Positions 11,601 to 24,639 of a stretch of DNA of 64,000 bases are shown in pieces. How positions within the stretch are numbered: position 1 is the stretch's first letter; every line of letters begins with the position of its first letter. Made by a program: the position numbers and the translations under genes. The DNA comes from Octopus sinensis (lineage: Eukaryota). The notes under the pieces are model-generated. The model ran no database searches. It worked only from the letters and a program-made list of their open reading frames with translations, and was not told the origin of the DNA. The DNA lies in contig NW_021834173.1 in assembly GCF_006345805.1 (NCBI RefSeq), positions 1 through 64,000 of the forward strand. Reading direction: 5' to 3'.

Positions 11601-14219
11601 TCAAACATTTTAATCATTTGGATGTTTTAGTTTGTTCTGAAGAACGCAAACAATTTTGAATAATTGTTTAAACATTGTCTACATGTAAATATTCTTTAGT
11701 TTGTTTCCCCCTAGAGGCTAACAGCAGCTACCTGATCTGCTGTGTTTAATGAAAGGAATAATTTTCACTGGAATATTCCACCAACAGATTTTTATTAATG
11801 TGGAATTATTGCAACACTACAAAATAAGAATATGAACAGCAATAACCACAAACAGCCTGCGGTTTTTGAAAAAAAAACTTGTATTCATTTCAACCACACT
11901 TTCATTAATATTACATATATCAGATGGAAACTGAATGGGAAAAAAAATCTTCCTTTGGTGAACCTGTAGTGAAAGTTCTAGTATTCTGTACATTACACCA
12001 TTGTCAGGCTGCCAAATATTTTCAAGAGTCTAAGCTGTGAGAAACTGAGTGTTATACAAATTGCAGGAGAAGCATGGCCATTCTTAGAAATGAAATGCCA
12101 TCCTTCCAAGCAGTACCATTACACAATGGAGTCTGCATTGCACTGGTTTTTAAGAAGAAACAGAACTGTATTGTTATGAATACATCAAAAGTTCTGTAAG
12201 CTGGAATCACCAGCATGTGAGCCAAAGATGGAACCTCTTTGCAACAGATAGCAGGATAGCAACCATATCTTCTTCATAACTTCAAAAACGTAGAAAAGGA
12301 AAAACACAACAAACGCATATACAAAAGAAACAGGAGAGAAAAGAAAAGAAAACAGAACAAGATGGTCATGGCAAAAGTACTATTGGTCATAGGTGTACTG
12401 TATCAGAGTGTCCCAGGGCTAAACAACATTTGCAACCATTATTTTTTATTCAAGGAAGCTCCACTGTTCTTTTGATAGTTGAATGCAGGCTACAATACAT
12501 AAGTTGGCAAGTCGAAAATATATTTAATCAATTGAAATTAGAATTGTACTTTAAAAAAGCCACTAGCGTTAAAGACAATTATTCCCCATAATGCAAGGGA
12601 GAAAACTGAGACAGGATTTTTTTCTATGCTTGAATTTTGGATTGGCCAACTACAACCAAAGGTATTTCATCCAGTCTGTTTTTATATTGTATTCTGTGAT
12701 GCAGTCTCCAAGAGTAAAAAGGCAAGCAGTAATAACAGCAATACTATACGCAAATCAATCTGACCTAAGGTTATCACAGCAATAACAACATCAACAACAA
12801 CAAAGCAAAGAAGGTGCTTTGTAAAGAGTTACTTGAGCTGCTAGAAATAGCAACCAAATCTCCCTCAAACCACACATTATTGTTATCTTAGAGAAAGAGA
12901 GAGAGAGAGATTCCAAAATGTGACCCTAAATATACTATATCCAAGTAAATGAACAGCCATGGTTGGAATGGCATTGATAGTTGGTCAGCTTCATAAGAAC
13001 AATCTTGGGATTAAACAATAACAACACTGGCAAAGCAATGATCTCTCTTGTCTCCATGACACAATTGCCAGGACTGGAGATAAACGGCAGAGATAGATTG
13101 GAATAATTTTTGTACTATGCAAAGCAGCAGATTCAATTTGGAAATATGTAAAGAATTTGTGTTGAAAATATGGAATAAGAATAAAAACAAAAAAAGAGGA
13201 ACAAAAGAAGAAAAAAAAGAAAGAAAAAATTGCAAAATTAAGGAAAATATATTTTGTGTTTGTGTTTGTTGGAATATTCAAAGATTAATAAAATAATAAA
13301 CAAGGAAGGAAAGAAAGAAAGAAAAAAGAACGAAAAGGATGGCATTGGTTAGAACAAGGTGTGTGAGTAGGGGTAGGGGAGTTGGGGGGTGGAGTGGTGG
13401 GGGAGAAATTGATGAATCATCTTGGTTGCAGATATTCACTAGAATTATATCTATATAGATCAGATGCACAAGCATATCTATAAACATATATAAAGAAATA
13501 CATGCACACGCACACACACATAAAGATTTCTTTATATATATATATATATATATATTATATACACACACACACTCATGCTATAAAAACATGCTCATACACT
13601 ATCATAGATATACATATATATCTTTACATAGACACACACACACACACACGCTCATTACATACATACATATATATAATACTCACACATACACACACACACA
13701 CGAAGATCTGTATATACATACCACACTATAAAACATATTTACACACTATCACACTATCATGTATAAATCAATCTCTCTCCTCTCTCTCTCTCTATATATA
13801 TATAATATATATATATATATACACACATGCACCACACACCCATGCCAGACATGGAAAAATGGACATTAAATGATGATGATGATGATAATGCCGAGACACA
13901 CAAACATCTATACACACACACACAAACACACACCCTTTCTCATACAGACCCGTACTAACAGAAATTGAAAACATACACACATAACAGGGATTAGTGAGAT
14001 GGCGAGTAGTGATAGCTTGAGACAGACAGACAGACAGACAGACAGATAGACATACAGACAGAAGGTGGATGTAATAGGAGTATGAATGTCACGTGAGGGA
14101 AGGAGGGAGGGAGGGAGGGAGGACTTCATCAAAACAAGGCAGTTGTAAATAGACAAAATATAATCGTTGAACTGATGAATAATATCATAGTCCAGTGAAA
14201 CAATATCCACAGGCTATTG

Positions 14220-14509
14220 TAATAGTGGTTGGTGATGATGGTTGTAATGGTGGTGGTGGTGGTGGTGGTGGTGATGGTGATGATGGTGATGATGCTGCTT
14301 CTGATGGTGGAGGTGGTGGTGGTGGTGGTAGCGGGTGTACGACTGACAATGGTGGTATGATTTTGATGGTAAATAATAACAGTAATTGTGGAATTGATAA
14401 GACTGATAGCGGTGATGGCATAAATGTGATGACGATAACAGAGTTGATGATGACAATGAGGATAGTGATGATGATGAGGTATTAGTTACAATGCTGTTGC
14501 CACTGCTGT

Positions 14510-14540
<31 letters not shown>

Positions 14541-15460
14541 AGTGATGGTTATGATGATGGTGGTGTTGGTGGTGGTGGTGGCCATGATAATGGCAATGAC
14601 AGTAATGACGACGACGACGATGACAATTCACCCCCACCCCACCCCACCCCACGAACGCTAGTCTTACTCATCATACACATCACCTATCAACATCATATTA
14701 ACTCTAACAGAATCGTTATTATAATAATTACAAAAGTTAATCAATGTTATTAATAAGCCACTACCACTACCACCACCACCACCACCACCACCACCACCAC
14801 CAACACCACAAATACTAACACTACTTACTAACATATACCAACTTCTCCTCCCACCACAACACAACCACCACAAAAAAAAAAAAAAACTATATCAGTTTAA
14901 GGTGTATGGCAAATGGCTAACAGTAGCAGAAATCATTGCCAAAATTTATCTAAACAGCATTAGATTTATTATTTAATAAATTCCATTCTTCATAACTATG
15001 CACCACACACACACACACACACACATATATGTGAAGTTTGGTTTAATCAGGATGCTGGAAATATTGGGTGGTGTTCCTTATTAAAGTTGGTTTTTGCTCC
15101 TGAAGAGAAACAGATGGGTGAAAAGAAATTATTTAAGCATGCAACCGAATGTGCCTTATAAAGCCTAGTTCTATCTCATGAAAAATATGCGAAAATGAAA
15201 CATCCCCCTAATACCAACACCACTACTGGCACCACCACCACCACCACTGCCGCCATTACCGTAATCTCGCTCTTGCCATCGCCACCACCGCCATCACTAT
15301 TACCATTACCACTACCACCACCACCACTACCACTACCATCATCATCATCTCGCCCTTGCCATTGCCGCCACCACCATCACCACCACCTCACCCTTGCCAT
15401 CGCTACCACACCACCACCACCACCACCACCACCATCACTATTACCACTAATACCACCACA
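14220..15460. repeat. Trinucleotide tracts: (GGT/GAT)n followed by (CCA/CTA)n
   Basis: Source of the poly-G/P/H/T ORFs. Confidence 0.9.
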
Positions 15461-15948
15461 TGTATATACACACACACACACATACACTCACCAAATAAAA
15501 CAAGTATAAGATAAAAAAAAGCAACAATAACGACAAACAAACAAACAAACAAGGGAGCAGAATGAAAAAAATAAATTTAAAATAATAATAATAATAATAA
15601 AATGAGCAAACACGGAAAAAACAAATAAAATAGAAATGGAATTGGTATGTTATTGAAAAGAGTGTTAAGTATAAGTTTCAAGAGAGTCAGAGTGGAATCT
15701 AATGAGATGCTTCAAGCTGTTTTTCAAGGAATTACTGAATCTCACGGAAGAGTTTTAATTAAAAATAAAAGAGAATATTTTAGGAATATTAATGAAGATA
15801 CGGTATTCTAGAAATAGTGTTTGTGAATATAATATACAAGCATTTTTTTTTTCTTTTCTTACCCCAATTCTTCCCCTAATTTCCATCAATGGACTGTGGT
15901 CATGTAAAATAATAATAATAATAATAATAATAATATTTTTTTTTTTAA

Positions 15949-16460
15949 ACTACCCACAAGGGGCTAAACACAGAGAGGACAAACAAGGACAGACAGACAA
16001 ACGGATTAAGTCGATTACATCGACCCCAGTGCGTAACTGGTACTTAATTTATCGACCCCGAAAGGATGAAAGGCAAAGTCGACCTCGGCAGAATTTGAAC
16101 TCAGAACGTAACGGCAGACGAAATACCGCTAATGATAATCCTTTCCACTATAGGCACAAGGCCTGAAACTTAGGGAAGGAGAATAATCAATTACATTGAC
16201 CCCAGTTCACAACTGGTAGTTATTTTATCGATCCCGAAAGGATGAAAGGCAAAGTCAACCTCAGTGGAATTTGAACTTAAATGACTTTAAGATGGACAAA
16301 ATGCAGCTAAGTATTTTGCTTGGCATGCTAACAATTCTGCCAGCTCACCACTTTAAAAATAATAATAATAATAATCCTTTCTATTAAAGGCATAAGGCCT
16401 GAAATTTTTGGGGAGGGGACTAGTTTTTACATCAGCCCCCAGTGTTTCACTGGTACTTAA
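15949..16460 (-). mobile_element. Head-to-tail array of SINE family B copies (two 3'-tail variants)
   Basis: Core actggtacttaatttatcgaccccgaaaggatgaaaggcaaagtcgacctcggc recurs, separated by (AAT)n tails. The core resembles the Meta-SINE domain (from memory, unverified). Confidence 0.88.
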
Positions 16461-17004
16461 TTTCTCATATTCAAACAACTTTGATCTCCTTCCAATGTAA
16501 CATTCTAAAATTTTTCTCAAAGACTTCTAGATATTCCTAGCAGTGATATTCACCAAATTCACAATATTTATGCACTTCACACTGCTTTTTTTCCCCCATG
16601 AATTCTGTAGGATATTGTAAGACTGTGTAATTTTATTACTAAATTCAATACTGAACACCATGTAGTCCTGGGTTCAATCCCACTCCATGGTACCTTGTGC
16701 AAGTAGCTTCTATTATAGCTCAAAGCTAATTGAAAACTTGTGAGTGGATTTCAGAAACTGAAAGTCCATTATGTCTGTGTGTCTGTGTGTACTTGTTTTC
16801 ATATGACGTGATGATTATAAACATGCATCATTGTTATACAAGTGATGATGTTTGTTTCCTGTCTACCAAGAAAAACATGTCTGGCCAAAAGGGAAATATA
16901 ACTTTGCTTAGAAACAGGTGAGGGTTAGTGACAGAAAGGGCATCTGGCCATATAAAAAAAATCTTTAATCATTATAAAACACCAAAAAAAAAAAAAAAAC
17001 GTGT

Positions 17005-17210
17005 GCTGACAAAATCATTAGCGTGCTGGACAAAATGCTTAGCAGTATTTCGCCTGTTGTTACATGCTGATTTCAAATTCCACTGAGGTTGACTTTGCCT
17101 TTTATTGTTTTGGGGTTGATTAAATAAGTACCCAGTTACGCACTGGGATCGACACAATCGACTTAATCCCTTCCACCAAGCTGCCCTTGTGGCAAAAATT
17201 TGGAATCATT
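17005..17210 (+). mobile_element. SINE family B
   Basis: aaatgcttagcagtatttcg...ttcaaattccactgaggttgactttgcctt..ggggttgattaaataagtacc. Confidence 0.8.
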
Positions 17211-17246
17211 ATAAAACGCCAATAGATTAACCATTTTATCTCTAAC

Positions 17247-17635
17247 CTTTTACTTGTTTCAGGCATTGGGCTATGGCCATACTGGAGCACCACTCTGAAA
17301 GGTTTTTAGTTGAATGAATAAATCAGTCCCAGTACTTATGTTATTTTTCTTTTTTTTGCTTTGTTTTTTTTTTTATATTCTTTCAGTCAGTTTTGCTGAA
17401 CTGCTAAGTTATGAGGATATAAACAAACCAACACTGGTTGTTAAGTGGTGGGACACATATACACAAACACACACATGATGAGTTTCTTTCAATCTCCCCT
17501 CAACGAAATCCACTCAGAAGCCATTGGTCAGCCCTGGGATACATTAGAATATACTTGTACAATGTACCACACAGTGTGACTGAACCCAAAACGATGTGGT
17601 TGGAAAGCAGACCTCTTACCACACAGCCACACCTG
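17247..17635 (-). mobile_element. SINE family A, diverged
   Basis: cttttacttgtttcag...cttaccacacagccacacctg. Confidence 0.8.
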
Positions 17636-17864
17636 TTTTCCAATCAAGAAATTTTTGTACCTATTACACACAGTTAATAAGCATGTGTTAGTGCTTTTCT
17701 GTTTTGATAACGTATGCTAGTTGTTAACAAGTGTCACAGGCTTTCGTTTTTAAGATTCCACGAAAACATGTCTGCCCATACCAAAATATTACATGGCTTG
17801 TAGTTTTTACTTTAAGATTTCAAATTAGTAAATATGTATAATTAGTTAAATCAGATTAGTGGAA

Positions 17865-18274
17865 CTGTGCTTGAGAAGAACCATGAAGCCAAGTGAAATT
17901 GTAGTTGTGGCCAGTGCTACTGATGTTTACCTGGCACCTGTGCCGGAGGTATGCCCTCAAGGAGGCAGTGACAAGTGACTGAGACCTTTGGCAATATACT
18001 GTGCTTGAGAAGACCTGTCAAGCCAAGTGAAATCATAGTTGTAGCTATTATAGTTGTGAAGCCAAGTGAAATCATAGTTGTGGTCGATGCTGATGTTTTG
18101 TAACTGGCACCTGTGCCAGTGGCATGTAAAAAGCACCCACTACACTCTTGGAGTGGTTGGCTTTAGGTAGAAACCATGCCAAACCAGATGGAACCTTGTA
18201 CAGCTCCCCAGCCTACCAGTTTTCAGTCAAACTGTCCAACCCATGGAAAATAGATGTTAAATGATGATGATCAT

Positions 18275-18280
<6 letters not shown>
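17865..18280 (+). mobile_element. Family D retroposon 3' region with internal duplications
   Basis: gtgcttgagaaga..aagccaagtgaaatc repeats, then aaaagcacccactacactc...gttaaatgatgatga tail. Matches 45945-46452. Confidence 0.75.
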
Positions 18281-18312
<32 letters not shown>

Positions 18313-18541
18313 CAAATTTACAGAAAACAAAAGACAAAGACAGGTGAAAGGAAAACAAACAGGTGTATTGGTTTGACACACAGGAAGAATGGAAAAATTT
18401 CAAGCCTACACTCTTTGACAGAATGGGGTGAGAGGAAAAATGGAGAGAGAAAAAAATGTGTGGGGATTTATAGTTTAGCATAATGAAACTATATACATAT
18501 ATATATCACTTGAAGAATTTAGTAGAATGTCATTCCTTTAA

Positions 18542-19401
18542 CCCTTTTGGTGCCAATCTGTCTGAAACCACCCCTGGTTCTGGTAATTTGTTTCAAATGC
18601 CATCATAACAACAAAGTCATTTTACTAAATTTTTCATTATCCCCTTAGCATTTAAATTGGCTATGTCTGGCCCAAATATTCTGTGTGTTTTATTATGTTC
18701 AAACTGCCCTGATCTTCTGGCCCCTCACATCTACTTTACTATGTCATTATAAAAATTAGCAATCACACCATTAAAATCTCAAAGCTATGAGATACTCTTT
18801 ACTCTTTTACTTGTTTCAGTTATGGAGCACCACCTTTAGACGAGCAAATTGACCCCAGGACTTATTCTTTGTAAGCGTAGTACTTATTCTGTCAGTCTCT
18901 TTTGCCAAACCGCTAAGTTATGGCGATATAAACACACCAGCATCAGTTGTCAAGCGATGTTGGGGGGACAAACACAGACACACACATATGTATATATATA
19001 TAAGACGGGCTTCTTTCAGTTTCCATCTACCAAATCCACTCACAAGGCTTTGGTTTGGCCCGAGGCTATAGTAGAAGATACTTGCCCAAGGTGCCATGCA
19101 GTGGGACTGAACCCGGAACCATGTAGGTTTAATTTAAAATGATGTGAACAATGTAGGATTAATTCAAAATTAATACATTTTGAAGAGAAAGCAATACATT
19201 TTGAAGAGAAAGCTGTCATTCTAAAAATCAGCAATCACATCATTAAAAACTCAAAGCTTTGAGATAATGTAGGATTAATTTAATATTATGTTAATAAATA
19301 AGCAATACATTTGGAAGAGAAAGCCAAATACTAAAGGGTCATTTTCAAAATTATTTGAAACAAATGCAGCATATATCAACAGAAATATGGTAACAAAAGT
19401 G
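18542..19401 (+). mobile_element. piggyBac-type MITE carrying a nested second piggyBac-type MITE (~18641-19338) and a SINE A
   Basis: Outer ends ttaa-cccttttgg..cc / ggtaacaaaagtg-ttaa. Inner ends cccttagcatttaaa / ctaaaggg match the 52258 element. Confidence 0.65.
18794..19124 (-). mobile_element. SINE family A, 5'-truncated
   Basis: actcttttacttgtttcag...gtgggactgaacccggaaccatgt. Confidence 0.9.
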
Positions 19402-19495
19402 TTAAAGAGAAATCTATTTTATAAATTTTTAAAGTAAGTTAAAGAGACAAAGTTTCTTACATCCTCGTTATAGTTTCAGTGCCAAAAGTTACATT

Positions 19496-19890
19496 AGGCA
19501 GCAAGCTGGTGGAATCGTTAACATGTTGGGCAAAATATTTAGTGATATTTTATTCAGATTTCAAATTCTGTTAATATTAGCTTTGCTTTCCACTTCTGGG
19601 GGGTCAATAAAATAAGTACCAGTTGAACACTAAGGTTGATATAATTAACTTACTCTCCAGCTTTGTGCCAAAATTTGGAACTAATATCAAAAGTTACATT
19701 AGGGCAACAAGATGGCAGAATTCTTAGCATGCCAAACAAAAGGCTCAATGGCATTTCTTCAAGTTTTTTACATTCTGAGTTCAAATCCTGTTAAGTCTTT
19801 TATCCTTTGAGGTACAATAAAATAGGTACCAGTTAGATACTGGGGTCAATGCAATCAAATTGCAGGCCATGTGCTAGGAGTAGAAAAGAA
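19496..19890 (+). mobile_element. Two tandem decayed SINE family B copies
   Basis: ggcagcaagctgg..ggggtcaataaaataagtaccagttg pattern occurs twice. Confidence 0.7.
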
Positions 19891-19914
19891 ATTCAAAAAT
19901 TACAAGTTACACTT

Positions 19915-20182
19915 TATCTTTTAGTTGATTCAGTCAGTAGACCATGGCCATGTTGGGGCACTGGTCTCGGAGAACTTTTAGTTGAATGAAGCCTTTACTT
20001 ATTCTATTGATCTCTTTTTCTGAACTACTAAGTTATGATGAAATAAACACACCAGCATCGACTGTCAAACAGTGGGGATAGGGGAGAAACACAGACTCAA
20101 ACACACATGGGCTTCTTTTAATTTCCATCTACCAAATCCACTCACAAGACTTTGGCTATCCCAAGGCTCCAAGGTGTCACAG
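19915..20182 (-). mobile_element. SINE family A, decayed
   Basis: aaacacaccagcatcg...ctaccaaatccactcacaag. Confidence 0.7.
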
Positions 20183-20796
20183 CAATAAAATTATTCCTCA
20201 AAAGTGAAATGATTTTGAGAAAAAAGCTATTATATTAATATAATCATGAAACTAAATTTGCCTTACAGAAAATCACAAGAGCTTCAGGCAGGTAGGGCAC
20301 AACTGCAATAAGTTATCACTAAATTCAAAACTCCTAATTAACATGTTAACTGCCATGGCCTGTTACAGGAACTTAGTGGTGGCGCCATGTATTTCATGCA
20401 GTCGCACTGCATACTATTTAATTTTAAGGAAATACCATTTTTTAAATTTGCATTTTAACAATATTTCATAATTAAACTTTAATATTTATCATTTGTTTTA
20501 TTTAAATATCCTTAAAACCATGTCAAAGATACAGAATAAAATATTTTCTCACATAAAGAAAACGTACAATCACTGTTGGTGCATATGGTTGTTGTGTGAA
20601 GTTTCTGATGAACCACCAATGGTATATGTGATGGTTATTGTGTTAAAGTAAAAAAAAAAAACAAAAAAAAATTGTTTGCAATAATTTCTTTTGAAATAGC
20701 GAGACACTAAATCATTCAAATTTCATAATTTTGAAATATAATTTAATTTTAAAAAAATCTCATTAGTAATTTTGAAAACTATAATCTATTTGTGCG

Positions 20797-21075
20797 AAGG
20801 CACAGAAGATAGTGGTTAAGGTGTTGTGCTTATGATCGTTAAATTGTGGGTTCGATTTCCGGACCAGGTAGCATGTGTTCTTGAGCAAAACTCTTCATTT
20901 CATGATACTCCAGTCCACTCAACTGTAAAGGGGGTACCCTACAATGGATTAGCTTTCCAATCAGGGAGGAGTGTTGGACTGCTCTCCTAGCCAATGGGGT
21001 GGCAACAATTAAAAGTTAAAACAGTGTGAAGCGCATTGTGACAGGTGATGTATAACAACATCCAATAATCTTTCC
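20797..21075 (+). mobile_element. SINE family C-related, diverged
   Basis: tagtggttaaggtgtt..ggttcgattt..gtgttcttgagcaaaactcttcatttc..ctccagtccactca. Confidence 0.7.
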
Positions 21076-21255
21076 AATCACTTGATATTCCTTAATTTAT
21101 TTAAGACAATCAATTTCTTAATTCTTTTTCTTCTTAGCTGATATTTCAAAATTTAAAAAAACAACAAAAAAACAAAGAAATCATAATAACCAGAAATTAT
21201 TTGAGAAGACAATAAGAAATTCTTTTAATAATAATTTCTAAGCAGAAACTAAATA

Positions 21256-21505
21256 TAGGGTTGGTGCATAATTATTGTGGCTTTTTTTGCATCAAATTTT
21301 ATTCAACAAAAACAATAACAATATTTAAAAAAAACATCTTTAAATTACAGTCTGACTGTCTGCCAAGCAAATGGGAAGCAGTAATTGAAGTAGATGGTGA
21401 ATATGCTCCGGAATAATCATTCAAAGATGTTTTTGTTACATGTTATTGTTTTTGTTGAATAAAATTTGTTGAAATAAAAGCTGCAATATTTATGCACCAA
21501 CCCGA
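21256..21505 (+). mobile_element. Mariner MITE with Hsmar1/MADE1-like TIRs
   Basis: TA-flanked; tagggttggtgcata / tatgcaccaacccga; ~88-bp inverted arms. The centre encodes a transposase C-terminus, LPSKWEAVIEVDGEYAPE*. Confidence 0.88.
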
Positions 21506-21659
21506 TATATACTTCACAACAACCATAGTTTATAGCACTAATGTGTAATGTAGCATTAGAGTGTTATATAGTACTGCTATAGACTATATATACACATAGT
21601 ACAGACTAATACTGATCTAGAAGGTTGACAGTTCAATACTAGGCATGTTCATACTGAAA

Positions 21660-23240
21660 GAATGCAAACCATGCTTCCAGCAGTCTACTTGGTTGATAAC
21701 AGGCTTCTTCCCCAACACCAAATATTTCAAAGTTGTATACTTATTTTTCATTTATTATAAAGGAACGTATCCAGATGTAGTAATTTACTCAATGTTGAGG
21801 GTGGGGTGGATCTGGGAACTTGCTGAGTAACAAGCTATCCTGGTAGTTTTTCCTTTTGAGAATTCTTGTTTCCTTGTGTAGTTTGTGTGTGTGTGGTCTG
21901 TGAGGATGTGCACTGGGGGTGCTTTGTATTCTTTTGCAAGTTGTAAAGAAAGACTAGAGCCTCAGTCTAGAGGTTAGGACCCAGTCAAGACTGGAGATTA
22001 AGGCCCAGTCAGGACTGGAGATTAGGACCCAGTCAAAAATAGAAATTTGGGTGTAGTCACCATTGGAGATTAGAGCCCAGTCAGTGCTGCAGATTAGGGC
22101 CCCATCAGGATTGAAGATAAGTGAACAGTCTGGACTAGAGATTAGGGCTCAATCAAGACTGTAGACTGTGTCCATCAAGACGGCAATGGTAAGGCATGAA
22201 CCTCTGACCTGGAAATAAGGGCATATCTAACATATTGTTTGTAGACCATTGTTGTAATTGTTGTTCCTTTCAGTTGCCTAAATATGGCACCTATGGTTGC
22301 TCTAAATTGTTATATGTCTAGTCTTCTATATTTTATGCATGTTGTGGACCACTTTGTAAAGGTATTTATGTTAATTCCATTATCTTTTGTCTTCTATGAG
22401 TGAGCTATGTTTACACTGCTGAGCATAATGATCAGTTGTATTTGATGCTGTCTGGTTTTCAGGAAAGAAAGGAGACAGTGATTTGGTTGGCGCTACTTTT
22501 AGTCTGTTGTCTTGGAGTCAGGTTTCTAGGTGATTGATGTAGGTTTGGAATAGTCTGGTGAATGGTAAGCAGTAGATAACCAATTTATCATGTGTTTTGC
22601 TGTATGATGAAACATTATGTAATTATAGGTTAAAAAGAGTAGTTAAGAGGGTACCACTTTATGGTACTTTGAGAACTTACAGATTCAAGTTATTTTGTCA
22701 TTATACTTAACATAGATTTGGCAACCCAAGAATTAGTTGGCAAGAATTTTGGTTGTTTTCAAAGAGGTATTTCCTTTATTTTGTTTTTTCCTGTCAAAGC
22801 AGGTCACAGAAAATAGCTGCTAAGATCAATGTAGTTAAAATGGCTTATGAGGGAGACATAGGGCTTTCAATGGCATCATGCAATCTTTGCATCAGTTTTG
22901 CAAGTATTGTAGTATGGAATGGTATCAATCAAAAGTTTTGAGTTATGAACAAAGAATGTGTGGATTGATGACATCAAAGACAAGCCTTTCTAAGACTTCT
23001 GAAGTTTTGTTTATGAGGCTGATATATTTTTGGTTTGGTTTTTTTTTTCTTCAAAATTCTGGGGAGTTGGTAAGAATGGTTGTAGGTATTGGTCAGAGCT
23101 ATGATTCCTTCAAACCAAAGTTTTTAAAGTAACTGTTTGTTATTTTGTGTATTCCCAAAAGTTCTCAGTTTTTGAATGTTCATGTTGCTTCTCAGATAGT
23201 TTGTAGAAGAAAAAAATTCAACGCCATGTTATCCTGAGAC
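21660..23240 (-). mobile_element. Decayed non-LTR retrotransposon (I/Jockey-group-like) fragments
   Basis: 22556-22479 reads RLFQTYINHLET*LQDNRLKVAPTKS, resembling the RT thumb region after YADD. The same peptide occurs on + at ~53538-53618. Extent approximate. Confidence 0.55.
21950..22165. repeat. 24-bp minisatellite with internal palindrome (gactgg-N10-ccagtc)
   Basis: Unit gactggagattaggacccagtcaa with period 24 (cagtc ending at 21986 and 22010). Related copy at 23323-23475. Confidence 0.8.
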
Positions 23241-23486
23241 ATACCATATCTTGTGTGAATTTTGGAGAATCAATAAACAAATTAGTCTCATTAATAACCT
23301 TGTTAGTCTCAGTTTGTACAATAAGATTAGGGCTCAATCAGTCAGGGCTAGAGATTAGGGCCCAATCAAGATTGTAGTTTAGAGTCTTGCCAGGATCAGA
23401 GATTAGATTCAAGATGGTAATGATAAGACATGGACCATTGACCTTGAGGACAGGACACATCCAACATATTGTTTGCCGATCATTGT

Positions 23487-23717
23487 TATTTCTTTACTAC
23501 CCACAAGGGACTAAACACAGAGAGGACAAACAAGGACAGACAAACGGATTAAGTCGATTACATCAACCCCAGTGTGTAACTGGTACTTATTTAATCGACC
23601 CCAAAAGGATGAAAGGCAAAGTTGACCTTGGCGGAATTTGAACTCAGGATGTAACAGCAGAAGAAATACTGCTAAGCATTTCGCCCGGCGTGCTAATGTT
23701 TCTGCCAGTTCGCCACC
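23487..23717 (-). mobile_element. SINE family B, full length
   Basis: tatttctttactacccacaaggg...gcatttcgcccggcgtgctaatgtttctgccagttcgcc. Confidence 0.9.
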
Positions 23718-24639
23718 CAACTTTCAATCATTGTTGTTGATTTTGAAGAAGATGTTTATTTCATGGAGTACCAAGAATACTCAGTTTATGAATTTTCGTA
23801 CTGCTTCTCAGGTTGATGTCGGAAGAAAAAAGAATTCAAGGCCACAGCCTGAGACATATATTGTGTAGTTTTGGGAGAATCTTAACCTTGTTAGTCTCAT
23901 TAATAACCTTGATAAATGCAGAGGAACTTCATCAGTTGAAACTAACGTATTTATCATTTGTTTGCTTCCACTGTGGCCATCACCACAACTACAACAACCA
24001 ACACAACCACCACAATCACAATCTACAGGAATGAGAATCTTCATAGTCATTCACCCTGCTAGAAATAGTAGCAAAATGTTTATCAAATTATTTTCTGCCG
24101 TCTTCAAAAGAAAAACGTAAAATATACTGGCAGTTGCTTGTGGTAGTCATGGCTGGAATGCCATTTACTTAACCAGGATTGACCTACAGATAAGAACAAC
24201 AGGTACAAAAAAATAAATGGATAATGGAAGAAAGCCATTCCCTGACCATACTGCGAAAATATTGATATTTTGGTATGCGGAGATACCATTCTTCACTTGA
24301 TCAAGGAATGGTATATTCCTTTAACTGATTGTTGATAGAAAACTGGTTAGATGAATTCTTTAATGAAGAGCAAAAGAGAGAAATTTACAAAAGCATCCAT
24401 TCCTTACTGCCATGGAAACGAGGATGTCAAAAATGGTTTGGGAAATTTATATCATGTAAAGAGAAAAACAAACAAAAAAAAAATTGGGTGTATGTCATGT
24501 GGACAGATTGTGTGTGTGTGTGTGAAAAACACATGACCAGACACTAAAAAAAAACAAACAAAAAAAAACAAGAATAAATGGAGAAGGAGGAAGTGTGAGG
24601 AGGGGCAGGTGGACAGAGTTAGTGAGAAATATAAGCAAA

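Noticed and set aside
14185-14585. Poly-Pro/Gly/His ORFs suggesting a transcription-factor exon
   Set aside because: Trinucleotide repeats with no recognisable domain or splice context.
21950-22165. CRISPR-like palindromic repeat array
   Set aside because: Units are contiguous with no unique spacers, no cas genes, eukaryotic context. The same applies to the 19-bp and 28-bp arrays.
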